A stretch of DNA of 64,000 nucleotides. Source: Camelus ferus. Taxonomy: Eukaryota. This document shows, piece by piece, positions 13,376-25,135 of the stretch; position 1 is the first letter of the stretch; every line of letters starts with the position of its first letter. Both the position numbers and the translations under genes were made by a program. The notes under the pieces were generated by a model. That model was given only the letters and a program-made list of their open reading frames with translations, was not told the DNA's origin and ran no database searches. The stretch is from NCBI RefSeq assembly GCF_009834535.1, contig NC_045697.1:111788001-111852000 (forward strand), read 5' to 3'.

Positions 13376-14032
13376 TGATCAAAAGCATCATTTTCAGGGC
13401 TGAATAGTGAACAACTATATGACCAAAATACAGTTTACTTAATGCATTCTACTGTCCATGCAAGGATCTTTATGACATCTGCTAAAAAACAAAATTCAAG
13501 TATGTAAATTTGAAGACTCAGGTGACTTTATTCAAAGATTCATGAATCAGGCAGCATCCTATCTGGAAACTAGAAGGGCACTTAGGTAGTAAATCTAGGT
13601 CTGGTGTCATGGCTTTTAGCATGAGTGACGTCATTCTGGGACCGCGGTTTCCATTTTACACATCTTACCTTTTGTCTTTCTTTCACTGTGCCAAGTGGAA
13701 CACTCATCTTTAAAGGTCCTTTCATTTGAAATCCTGGCTGGAGGCATAGTTTTTTTGCATTTCAAAGAATCATGCAGAACAAACTTGTTATGAATGAAAA
13801 ATAAGACAGAAAATGAGAAAGAGAGAGGTGTTGGGGTAAGGGTGAGGTACAGCCACTTTACATGAAATCTTCACGGAAAACCATTACAAAAGTGACATTA
13901 GAACAAAGCCCCAAAGGAAATGTGGGAGTGAGGGCTACAGATGATGGAGAGAAGTGTGGTCCAGGAAGAGGGAAGTGCAACAGCAAACACCCTGAGGCAG
14001 GACCATGCCCCACATGTCAAAACAGGAAGGAG

Positions 14033-14696
14033 TATAACTGAGCAGGACCCTATGGGGGATTCTGGGGACACCCCCGCCCCGCCCCCACCGTGTCCTCTGC
14101 CTGCCTCTTGTTTATAAAAACACTGTAGTCTCCCAAGCCTCCCCTGAGTCACAGAAGCCTGGCTTAAGCATTAACGATTGAAAGAATATGAACATGTAGT
14201 GACAACAGAATATTGGCAGTTGGGCCAGAAGAACTGGTAACAATTTAAATAGTAAATCAGCCTTACAGCAGTCACAGAATCTTTAGTTCCTCCCTGAAGG
14301 ACCATAGATAGCAGTGTCTGATGCACATTCCTGAGTTGTTTTACAGATACTGAAACCTCTACCAGATGGAGGAAGTGACTGCACATCAGCATGGAGCAAC
14401 CAGAGCAGCTGGAGTCTGAGGGCCGATGATGGTTACCCCTGTGACTCCACCCTGTTACCTCACCATCAGCCAATCAGAGGACTGTGCACGAACTGACCGT
14501 GTGCCCTGGGATGCCCCGTTTCACCTTATCTTTACAAATGCTTCCCTGAAGCCCATTGGGGAATTTGGTCTTTTGAGCATTAGCTGCCCCAAATCCTTGC
14601 TTGGCACCTGCAGTAAACACTGCACGTTCCTTCAACACACTCAGTAGATTGCCTTTCTCTGTGTAGGCAAGTGAACCCAAGTTTGGTTCAGTAACA
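14033..14696 (+). mobile_element. ERV1-type solo LTR inserted into an L2 fragment
   Basis: tataac...gtaaca ends, near-TSD ggag/ggtg, same family core as 2915-3471; L2-like sequence on both sides (~13800-14030 and ~14700-15040). Confidence 0.7.
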
Positions 14697-16199
14697 GGTG
14701 GATTCAGCAGAGTAATTAAAGGGAGGAGAAATACTCTGTGACTGCAAAAGGTGGCAATGACCAGGTTGTACTGGCTTGGAGACCACGTGACAAGTTGACA
14801 TGATTTCTGAGTGAGATGAAGTTTTGAGAAGACGAATGACAATGTTTGGTTTATGTTTAAGGGGTCACCCTAACTGTTGGTCTGCACAGGGACTACAGTG
14901 AGGAACAGGGCAGGAGGCAGAGGAAGCAGGGAAACTCCCTAGGAGGCTATTGCAATATTCTGAACATTTCATGATTGTAACTTGAACTAGCCAGGTCATT
15001 GCAGATGGAGAGGTAATAAGAGATCCAATCTTGGTTTATTGCAAGAATTATCGTATAATGATCTGATCACTAATGTGCTCATCCAATCTGTAAAGAACTA
15101 TTCTAGGGATCTGGGAAGCTTACAAACTAGAAACTAGTCTAATTTTCACGCTGTCCAGAAACTCCTGGAAAACTCTGCTAAGCCAGCTTCCCCATTCTAG
15201 GCTGAGATGGACTAAAATAACCTACTTCTGGAGGCAGCCTCAGGTCTCAGGGACTCAGCCTGGTTTGATCCATGTCTGGTAGCTCTCAGATTTCTCTCAG
15301 TGTCTTGGTTCTCCTTAACATAACCCCACCCCTTCAACCTTAATTCAGAATCAGTCTCTGTCTCCTTGGCTACTGGAAAACGGGACATTGGAGAAGAGCA
15401 TGCTCTGATTTAATTTTTAAAAGAACACTTGGTTATTAAGGATAAAAACAGTGTGAAAGCACAGAAAGCATTTAGGAGACTTTTATAGGAATCTAGACAA
15501 GACAGGATGATGGCAGAGTCTAGAATGTTAGAGTAGAGATTGCAAGCTGAAAGATTCAGCAAGTGTCTGAAGAACTTTTTAGTGGAAAGGATAATTGAAG
15601 AGTAAGAGAAAAAAAGAAATGAAGCATAAAACCTACCATTTTTGGCTTCAGCAAATGGATAAGTGTGGCCATTGTTGGTAAACATGATGACAGATTGGAG
15701 GAACCCAGGCTTATGGGGGAGATATCAAAAGCTGTGATTTTCCCACAGACGGTACAACGGCACATCTATCTGCATCCATCTGTGCGCCGTGTATGGCTAT
15801 CCACACACACTCCCCTCGACAAATGTTAATGTGGAGGAATAGAGAAAGGATTACAGGGGTATAAACCAAGTTTTAATCCTATTACCCACTCCTAAGGAAA
15901 GTAAGATTAGAACTGAGTAAAGAAGGAAGCTTTACAATTTTTACCTATATTTGTATGAGAAGGTTCTAATGGTTTTATAATTCAAACATTAAATAATAAC
16001 AGATGCAGTTGTGATAGTATCACTGAAAATTCTAATCTGAAATAAAAATCAGCACAATACCGTAGTCTGCCTAGTTCCCTGATAAATCTTAAGTTTGATA
16101 AGGCACTGGGCTTCTAAAGATATGAAGAAACAAAGTACTTTCTTATATTTCTGGTGAAAGTGTATGTTGATAAAACTATAGTTGAGGTGGGAAAATTGT

Positions 16200-16400
16200 C
16201 ACTAAAAGTATCAGGGAGTATTTAAGATTTTGTGAGCCATAGGATCTCTACAACAACTGCTCTACGTGGCCACTGTAGCATGAAAGGAAGTCCTGGACAA
16301 TACAGCACCAAATGACAAGGCTGTGTTCCAGTTCAGCCCTTGTACCGAAGCCTGCCCTGGGCTGGATTCAGTCTGCAGGCAGTAGGTTGCCAATATCCTA
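16200..16400 (+). mobile_element. MER58A-like DNA transposon fossil
   Basis: ttttgtgagccata...ctgtagcatgaaag...gctgtgttcca...gggctggatt...gcagtaggttgcc. Confidence 0.65.
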
Positions 16401-17196
16401 CTCAAGAGGCAATCTGCCAACATATATCAACATTGTAAGTGTGGCATGTACCTTTGACTCAGCAGTTGATTTTGTTATACAAATTTTGAGGAGAAAATGT
16501 TGGGACAATTTAGAAGGCCATCATGAAAGGATTGCCTAAATGAACTACAGCGCGTCCAATTGGAGTGATGACACTTTAAGTAGAATGAGTATTTACAAGC
16601 GTTGATATGTTGTCATGTTTAAGACAATGTGAAGGCATTAACAAAACTAAGCATAAAACATAGTCAGAATGGTGTATATAACACACCATCATTTGACTGT
16701 GTGTCTGTGTTTGTGGCTACATTTGTGTTTAAAATATGTATGGTAATACATACATACATACATACATACACACATACAAATAAATTTAAAAAGCAAAAAC
16801 ACCAAATAAAATATGTATGGTATACATGACCAGCCAGGAAGTGTTTATCTCTGAAAAAAAAAAAAATGTGGCTGAAGGATCAGATTAGTGGGATTCAATT
16901 ATAACTTTACATCCTTTTGTAATTTTTATACTTGTACTATAATCCAGTGACTTCTAAAAATAGTTAATTTTTAAAATATAAATCCTATATATTACAGTAT
17001 TTCAAAATATTAACTATCTTTAAAGTATGTACCTACACATGCCACATGAATATAGCTATGTCCTTTGCATGCAGGACCTTCCTGAGTTGGAACCACCCTC
17101 CTCAGCCCAGTGAAGGAGCCCCCAGGCTGTCCTGACGGCTTGCCCAGATGTGGGGCAGAGGGGAGGCCCGAGGGTGAGGGTGAAAAGACATCAGCA

Positions 17197-17350
17197 GGGA
17201 GTAAGGCTGCACTTCAAGTGGTAGAGCACACGCTTAGTCTGCATGAGGTCCTGGTTTCAGTCCCCAGTATCTCCTTTAAAAACAAACAAACAAACCCAAA
17301 TTACCTCCTCACAAAAATAAACAAAAAATAAAATTTAAAAAAAAAAAAAA
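17197..17350 (+). mobile_element. tRNA-derived SINE with TSD, just downstream of the intact TRIM gene
   Basis: A/B boxes, poly(A), TSD aaaagacatcagca (17183-17196) / aacagacatcatca (17351-17364); empty site in the paralog copies. Confidence 0.85.
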
Positions 17351-17460
17351 AACAGACATCATCAATCAAGACATCAAAGATGGACTCAGACTCTTTATTA
17401 CAAGGACTTCCCACAAACATAGCAAGATCATGGATCATATAGAAAGTCTTTCAAGTTAGA

Positions 17461-18846
17461 TCAACACTCATTTTCAACTATACTTATTGTAAGTGATTTA
17501 GAAGAAGGTCTAATAGAGAAATAGGCCATAAGTTTCCCTGTAAAAATTTCACTGAATGTATATAAATGTGATCTATCATTCAAATTGTAAAAGGAAACTT
17601 CTCCCAAATCGCAGTCCAGAAAAACGCCATACCGCCAGGGGTTTCCTAAAACCTGCGTGTCCTGTATCACAGCCCAGAGCTGAATTTGCCAGCAGCCGTT
17701 GCTTGGGGAAGGTGAGACAGGAGAATTTCTGGGGAAAGATTCTTTACACACCCCTAAGGACCACTCCCTCATGCCTCTGCCTTCTACCTGCCAAAAATGC
17801 CTGCCAGCATCAAAACCCTCCGAACTCAGGACAGCGGGGTAAGAAGCAAATGCCTGGGGAGGATGAACACAGTTTGGTTCCATCCTTTGAAAGGTTGCAG
17901 TTTTCTGATCTTGTGAAATTCGGAGGCTCTGGTGAGCAGTTTTAGGCTCCAGTGTCAAATGCACATGAAAGTTGCTAATCATTTTGTGCAAGCCAAAATA
18001 CTGTGGGGGGAGAGTGAAAACCTCCTTCTTTACTTCATATGAAATGGGTGCTGGGCTCTCTAGGTTTTCATAGCTTCTGTGGATACTCTCAATGACTGTG
18101 AGTAAATCCAGGTCAGACTGGGAACACTTGTTGGTTATTTCATAAAGCAGACTTTTCAACGTGGATCCATGGTCTGATATTTGGGTTTTTTTGTCAATTA
18201 TTTCATACTGAACACCTTTCTCTTCAGCCTGTAACACGAAGTCAATTACATTGTGCTCTGTTTTCAAGAAATTCTTAAAATGTTCAACTTCAAAGAGCAA
18301 TTCACTCTTTCGATTCTCCATGTTGGACACCAACTCAAATGACTTGGAGACTTGCATTTCTAAGCCCTTTTCAGCAGCTTCCAGCTGCTCTGTCAGGGGC
18401 TCCAGGTAGCCCTTGAGCCTCCTCCTGTGACACACTGCAGCTTGCTCCACGGGCACCAGGGGGTGGTGGCGGTGCTCAGAGGAGAGCCTGCACTGGGGAC
18501 ACAGCAGCTCCAGGTCCTCCTCACAGAACAGGCTCAGGGCCTGACTGTGCTTCTCACACAGGGGGGCCTCCCCCTGCCGGCCCCTCTTGGCCCTCGTGCT
18601 GGGAAGCTGCCTCACAGCGTCAGCCAGGTGGCTTAACTGGCTGTTCCTCCTGCAGCTGCGCTCAGGGCAGGGCTGCAGGCAGAGCGGGCAGGGGAAGAGG
18701 TCCCGGAGCCCCTCCCAGCGCTGCTGGAGGCAGGCGTGACAGAAGTTGTGCCCACAGCCCGTGGTCACCGGGTCCGTCAGGCAGTCCAGGCAGATGGGGC
18801 AGCTGGCCTCCGCGTGCAGCTGTGCCAGGGAGGCCGCCAGGGCCAT
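17461..18846 (-). CDS. TRIM60/TRIM61/TRIM75-family tripartite-motif protein (TRIM60-like), intact uninterrupted CDS, 461 aa
   Basis: ATG at 18846 ([39 protein letters not shown]...CPLC = C3HC4 RING), B-box (CEKH...FCEEDLELLCPQC...H..H), coiled coil, PRY (LTLEPKTAHQSLRISQD) and SPRY (AVLSSEGFDAGRHFWQV...GVFLDCDLGEVSFYN). Stop TGA at 17461-17463; minus-strand AATAAA near 17394-17399. The track's 497-aa version starts at an upstream GTG. Confidence 0.93.
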   Translation of the reverse strand: MALAASLAQLHAEASCPICLDCLTDPVTTGCGHNFCHACLQQRWEGLRDLFPCPLCLQPCPERSCRRNSQLSHLADAVRQLPSTRAKRGRQGEAPLCEKHSQALSLFCEEDLELLCPQCRLSSEHRHHPLVPVEQAAVCHRRRLKGYLEPLTEQLEAAEKGLEMQVSKSFELVSNMENRKSELLFEVEHFKNFLKTEHNVIDFVLQAEEKGVQYEIIDKKTQISDHGSTLKSLLYEITNKCSQSDLDLLTVIESIHRSYENLESPAPISYEVKKEVFTLPPQYFGLHKMISNFHVHLTLEPKTAHQSLRISQDQKTATFQRMEPNCVHPPQAFASYPAVLSSEGFDAGRHFWQVEGRGMREWSLGVCKESFPRNSPVSPSPSNGCWQIQLWAVIQDTQVLGNPWRYGVFLDCDLGEVSFYNLNDRSHLYTFSEIFTGKLMAYFSIRPSSKSLTISIVENEC

Positions 18847-19556
18847 CGTGCCGGGAGGGGTCCTGTCAGGGGAGACGCCCTCAGAAAAGCCCGGCTCTCC
18901 AGGGGCTGGGACAGGGACAAGCTTCCGACCCGTCACCTTCTCTCTGGCCTTCACGCCCGCCCTTGGGTCTCCCAGGACCCAGGGAGCTGTGTGCAGTGGG
19001 GCCGAGTCCTGCCCCTTCCTTCACCTCCACAGCCGCAGCCGCAGGGCCCGGAGCCCCAGGAGCCTCCGCTGCCTTGGGCACCTTGGTCCCTTTCACTCGG
19101 TGGCCGGAAATCGAGGCCTGAGAGGTCGTCCTCTCCTTCAGGGACAGCCCAGCTCCAGGTGGCCGTGAGGATCCCCAGCGTGGGCCAGTCAGCACATCCA
19201 GACGTGGGCCAGTCTCCGCACAGCTCAGCAGCTCCTTCCAGAAAATGCTAACACGGGGGAAAGAACATGCATTAAAGGGATAAACAGCATGTACATAATC
19301 GACAGTGTTTTACCAGTTTTTTTTTTTTTCCTGGATTCAAATACATACATTTCCAAACAAAAAGCAACTGTAGTCAGTTAGGACAGCAGAGCCTGGTAAT
19401 GGTTAATTAATGTGATTTTGTTAATGAAAAGAGACTCAACAGGAAAGCTACACAGTACACTGTTTACATATAAAACCCTGTGATACCAGGACCGGCTTCA
19501 CAGTGAGGAGGAGCAGGGAAGGGTGGGGGAGACTCACTGGATGTGAACATGGGACA

Positions 19557-19943
19557 TGTTGGCTTAACCGTGTGTCCTCCCCTCCCCCCATGCACAGTTC
19601 CTATATTGAATCTGTAAATCTCAGCACATCGGAATGGGACTCTTTGTGGTGAGAAGGGCTGTAAAATGTTGATTAAGTTAAAATGAGGCTGCTGGGGAGA
19701 GGCCCTAGTTCAACACTGACTGGTCACCTTGGAAGAGACGTCAGGGACAGGCACCCACGGAGGAAAGGAGGTCCCAGGCAGGAAGCAGCCCCCTGGGAGC
19801 CCCCGAGCCAGGGCTCAGGGGTAAGTGAACCTCCTGGCCCTTTGATCAGCAGCTTCCAGCCTCCAGAATTGTGACAGAATCAGTGTCTATTGTTGAAGTC
19901 ACCCCAGCGGTGTTCTGCATGGCAGCCCTTGGAAAGGAATACA
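19557..19943 (+). mobile_element. MLT1 (MaLR) solo LTR
   Basis: tgtgtcctccc...tatattgaa...gattaagttaaaatgagg...cttccagcctccagaattgtga...atggcagccc...aataca. Confidence 0.8.
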
Positions 19944-20719
19944 TTGCTCTACTCTGTATCTGTTATTTTACAGGCTGAACATATTCTGTGTGGATACAGT
20001 TTCACAAGGGTCACCAGCCACTGTTCCCAGTGGGCTCCTGCCCCAGGCAACAGGCCAGCTCCTCTCCCTTCTGTGAGCCACACTTTCCCTCTAATCCAAG
20101 GGTCCAGATCCTTTCTGTCTCTGTCTCTTAGGGAAACACTGGGATTACAGCAAACCCAAAGCCGGACCTACCATTACAAGTAACTGACCTGAGTTGGCTG
20201 CCATTTCAAATACATTGTAATTATTATAATACATTATTATAATGTGTAAGTCAATGGAGCCGTAGAGGCTGCAGACCGCTCTCAGCTCACTGCTATTTCT
20301 GGGAAAATCAGTTATTCCCCACCTGGGAACATATACTTTCTGAGCCATGGACTCCTTGATTTCCCTCCTTGTCTGCTTAGTCAGTGTGAAAGGTAGAGAT
20401 TGTTACACAGAACTTGATAGGAAGCAGGGATTGAAACTGAGCTAAAGTGTATATTGTTAAAAATTGATGGGAAGGTCAAGGTCTGAGGCAGCAGTGCTCT
20501 CTGCAGTGGCCAGTGCCCTGGGGTTTGTTAGAGCAGCTCTATGGGAGTAACTGGGGACCACTTTTGTCCTGGGCTCCATGTTAATTGGATCTCTTGCCCA
20601 GTGAGCATTGGCCCCTGGCCAGTGGCTCTGGGATTCTGTCCAGCAGCTACCTGAGCACTTCTGTCTCAGGGACAATGCTGACTGCTGCCTCTGACCAGGC
20701 ATCGCTGCCCACAGAGCTT

Positions 20720-23700
20720 TCAGTTCTGGGGTGAAAGAAACAGGGCTTTAGTCCTGACCTGTCTGTTTCTGGTCACACCAGCCTCTTGAAAGAACAATGG
20801 GAAATGAGAGCCCTGTTCCATCCTGCTCTTGTTCCATAGGGTGTATTTTACAAAAACTGGGAGATCTTTAATTATGTTCCTATAAAGAAAGAAAGAAGAT
20901 TGTTTTAACACTAAGTAGCCACAATATTCTTTAAACCCAGAGGAAAAAAAAAAAAGAATTCCAAAACTGATGCTTTTTGCATATACAGTTTACAAAGTTT
21001 GGCTTGATAATGTATTTTCTTTTTTCCCCCAGAATTTTGATACTGAGAGAACAAAAGTATTCCTAGGAGAAATCTTGATATTATAAATCATATCATGTCC
21101 TTAAAAAATAAGCACAGCCCACATTGCCTGAGACTAATTAAAACTTCAAACCAAAGGAAAAAAAGTGGGAAAGAGGGTTTTTTAACTCAAGTAAGTAAAT
21201 TTAACTTATTCTACCTGTTAATTTTGGTCTTACACTTTCCAGGTAAATTGCCATGACATGATTTCCTATGTTTCCATTTGCATGTCGTTTGTTGTTAAAA
21301 AAAAAAAAAAAAAAAAGGTAAAGACTTACAAATCAAACATTCTAAATACAACAAAAAGTAACCCAAATAAATTTCAGGTTCACATGATCTGGTGAATAGT
21401 CTGTATTAAATTAATATCTAGTATTAGAGTTAGCTTAAGTTTGTTAATTAATACAGACACATCTTTAAAGTCATCAATGTTAAGTATAGTACTTTTATTG
21501 TACCCAGCTTTACTGAAAGTCAGTAAGTTTACTTTATATCTGCTGCAAAATATGCCAGCAAGAAACTTAACTTGGTATGATAATATTGTCTTAAGTAATA
21601 AAATAGAGATAAATAATGTAAAAGCTTTTAGGTGAACTCTTTAGAAATAATGTTTTAGTTTTTCCACATTCTTAGTATCTTAAAACCTTGAAGTTTTGCT
21701 AAATTAAGTTAATTGATCAAAATTCCTGGAAAGTCTAGGTCATTTTTATCAATAAAGCATACCTAAGCCATCAAAAAATTTTTTAAAATCTAGATTATTT
21801 TAATTCAGATAAAATACTGAAACATTTATTGCTAAGCAAGTCTAAGTGTACCCCCTTTTGCCTTCTTGTGAGAGAGAGAAAAAAAAACTAAAGATGTTTG
21901 GGTTTATTAGACACACGTCTGGTACCACATTAAAAAGGGAAATTATGCTACGAAAAAAAATGTATGTTTTTAAGAGGCTATTCCAGCAGGACAAACAGAC
22001 TGCATTTGCTTTCTTCTTGGTTTTCACTAGAGATTAAGGGGTTTTTTATTTTTAAAGGTTAAAAATTATAGTGTGTAATTGAAGTTACTAAAATAATAAA
22101 AGAAGCATTTCAGTGTGTAAAAAAAAATAGGAAATATTCTGTTGGTGGTAGAGTATGTGAAAAGTAGAAATACATTCGTTGGGGAAAAAAGAGGAGAATA
22201 GTTTTGGCCTAAAGATGGATAAAAATGATAGAAAGTTTGTGGAAAAGGAGCCTTGAGAAAAGAGTTCTGTACATGATCAAGATTCATTAAGATTAGATTG
22301 CATTTAATTAGGTAAATGAAGTATGTTCTTAAGTAAGCTGATAGAATACTGGAGTTTGGTTTTTTCTCTCTGTTAAGAGAACCAAGTTTTATTAGAATAC
22401 TGCTTTTGACAACAGATTTTGTCAATTACTTTGCCTTTAAGTGATCTATAATTGCTTTTGAAATCTTTTGTCACTTTGGTTAAGTGAGTTAGTATTGTTT
22501 CACAGTGCTCCTACTTGACCAAGTGTTTTTGAAACTTTTTGATATTTTTGACGAACTTCTCAAATATCAAGTTCTAATTAAAGTTCTTTTGACCTCCAGC
22601 TAGTTTTGGGATGATTCAGAAGGCACCTGAATCATCTCAGAGAGAAACATTAAATTAATTACACTTTTTCATAGACTAGATGGCCTGGAAAGCATTGCCA
22701 GATAATAATGATAAACATTCTTAGGTTATACTGTATGGGTAAATGTCATTAATAGAAGTCTTCTAGAAATTATCTAAAGTCCCTACAATTTAAATGTGTC
22801 CTGTCATCAAGTTATCAGTTATATTTTTAGTTATTCTCTTAAAATGTTGTTTGTCACAGCAAGATGATTAAGTTTATCAATTACATTGTAATCAAATCTT
22901 TAACAGTGCCTTTTTTAGCATTTTGTCATTCATACAGTTTTTGTTTTCACTCTGATGCTTTTGCAAAAATGCTTCATTTTCAACAAGATTCACAAGAAGA
23001 ACTTTTTAACAACTATAATTTTCTAACAACTTTTAGATCATACTTCTGAACTAGGTTTAAAAAAATTAAAGAATTTTAATGGAAACCCTGATGGTTTCAT
23101 AAAACTGTTAGCAAAACAGATTAGTTTTACAGGACTGAGTAAACTAATAATTATGATTATAATTTTATGGGGGGTTTTGTCCAAAATATGAATGGCATTT
23201 AATCCTGTTTTCCAGATATCAGGGAACCTTTCCCCTTAAGCTAATTATGATTTCTAGCAATTTGGTAAATTACACATTTGTAAGTAGTATTGAAGCATTT
23301 ATCCTTTCTCTCAACTGGATCCTTCCAGAACTTAGAAACTCTTAGGTTCCCAGCAGCCTTTCCAGGTGAATAAGGAAGGCTACTTCCCGACAGATGCAGG
23401 AACCTCAAGATATTTTGAAATTCAGGAAGACAGGAATGTGCCCAAATCTGTAGATATTTCCATTGAAATCTGTGGCAAGCCCTTGACGTGGCTCCTGGCT
23501 TTCAGACGCTTTTTTAAAAGTTCAGTCTGCCGGGGGTTTTAGTAATAAATATATGTGTTCCCTATTACCCTTCTAAAATCTGAAAACATGTGGACTATGA
23601 AACACATCTTGTTCCAAGTATTTCCTAGAAGGGACTGCGGAGCAGTGAAAGCCAGTCAGATTTTCCATGATCCTTTTTTTTTTTTATACCTGTTTATATG

Positions 23701-25135
23701 TGAGGACGTCCCATAGTGTGTGGTTTATTACGAGGGCGGGTGCACATCCCTCATGATAATCAGAAAAGCTTGTGACAGTTGAATGTCGAGCAATATCTAC
23801 ATCCATCAAGATGCCCAAATTCTGTTGTAGAAAAAAAAAATGTTTGAGGTATTGGTTTAAACTGCACATTACATTTGGAATTTCAATCAGTTGCATAGAT
23901 TTTAAAAGTTTGCTTTCTTAAAGTTCTTACTGAAATGCATACTGGCTCTGATCTCTTGCAAATATATGTATGGCATAATATACTGATACAGTACACCTTC
24001 AAATAATTATCAATATGTTTTAAAGCACGTTTTAATAAAATATTTTAAAGCAAAAGCAGTCCAGTATGAGATTCCTTATGAAAAGTTTCAGCACAGCCCC
24101 TTTAAAAGAGCCTGTGTAAGCAATTAACCACATTCTCTTTGTGAACAAATTAACCTTTATTTGGTTAAACTAACCCTTATTTGGCAAATATGGAGATAAT
24201 TTTAGAGAGAAAAAGAAACTGTTTCAGTAGAGATTAAATTCTAATTTTGTTAATTAAGCTCAGTAATGGCTGCCTAAGATTCATTTCCCAAATACCTTCT
24301 TGTTGCTGTGTTCCATTATTGTACAGTTTAAGTGAGTTAAGATACTCTAAGCTTCTTTCTGAAGCTAATCACAGTGATCTATCTTTGGATGAACATCAAG
24401 TGACCCATGCTCTACACCGCAGGGATTATACATACCAGAAAAGGCATCATTTAAAGGACTGCCTCCAACCTAGGTCCTTATCAGGTATTCTTAAGTGCCT
24501 CCTGCACAAAGAAACTGAAGGGAACTCACTCTTGAATTTGTATTTCCTACTTAAAAAGTGCCTCTGCATTGGACTGGTCTATAGAAGGGACTGCTGACCC
24601 CAAAGGCATTCACACCAGGGTGAGAAGACAACAGTGGTGAGCAGCTGAGCCACGAATCCAGCCCATGCCTGCAAGACCATCACACTCTGCTACTGGGACT
24701 GTTTTCCAAATGTTTGTCTCCCTATCAACATTGAAAGTCATCAATTTACTTCTAACCAAACTGTTGCTCTCAGTGTTCAGGACAGGGGGAGAGTTCTCCA
24801 GTGGAGTTTTCACAGACTGTAACTACTCATGATGTGAAACCTGCTTGCTTTAAGTCTGTTGCTGCAAGCACGTGTACAAGCTTGTGTGACAATTGTGTAT
24901 CTGTGATGAAAGGTATGGCCTATCAAATGTCTCCCCAGTAACTTACCTCTGAGCCTGTGCGTGATGTCTCATTGGTTTTCCCTCAACGTGGGTAACTAGG
25001 CAAACATAAAGGGGGCCTAGCACCAAGGGACATGATCCAGACCAGGGCAGGCAGCTGAGCCGCTGCAGCGTCCGGGGAGCATTTATTTGGATTATCAGTG
25101 CTTTCTATTGAAAGATTTACAATCAAGATGGGAAA
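20720..25135 (+). mobile_element. Non-autonomous ERV1 (MER4-group-like) internal region
   Basis: AT-rich ERV internal texture, similarity to 7936-9290, gag-like MGNESP remnant (~20796), purine tract aagatgggaaa at ~25125 followed by TG. Confidence 0.6.

Noticed and set aside
18847..18954. 36-aa N-terminal extension of the 497-aa ORF
   Set aside because: Starts at GTG; family homology begins at the ATG at 18846, and a splice-acceptor-like ctgacag lies at 18863.
18736..19251. Overlapping 100-190 aa ORFs around the TRIM 5' ends (also ~36900-37560 and ~45300-45900)
   Set aside because: Stop-poor GC-rich sequence giving Pro/Gly/Arg-rich translations; frames are not preserved between copies.
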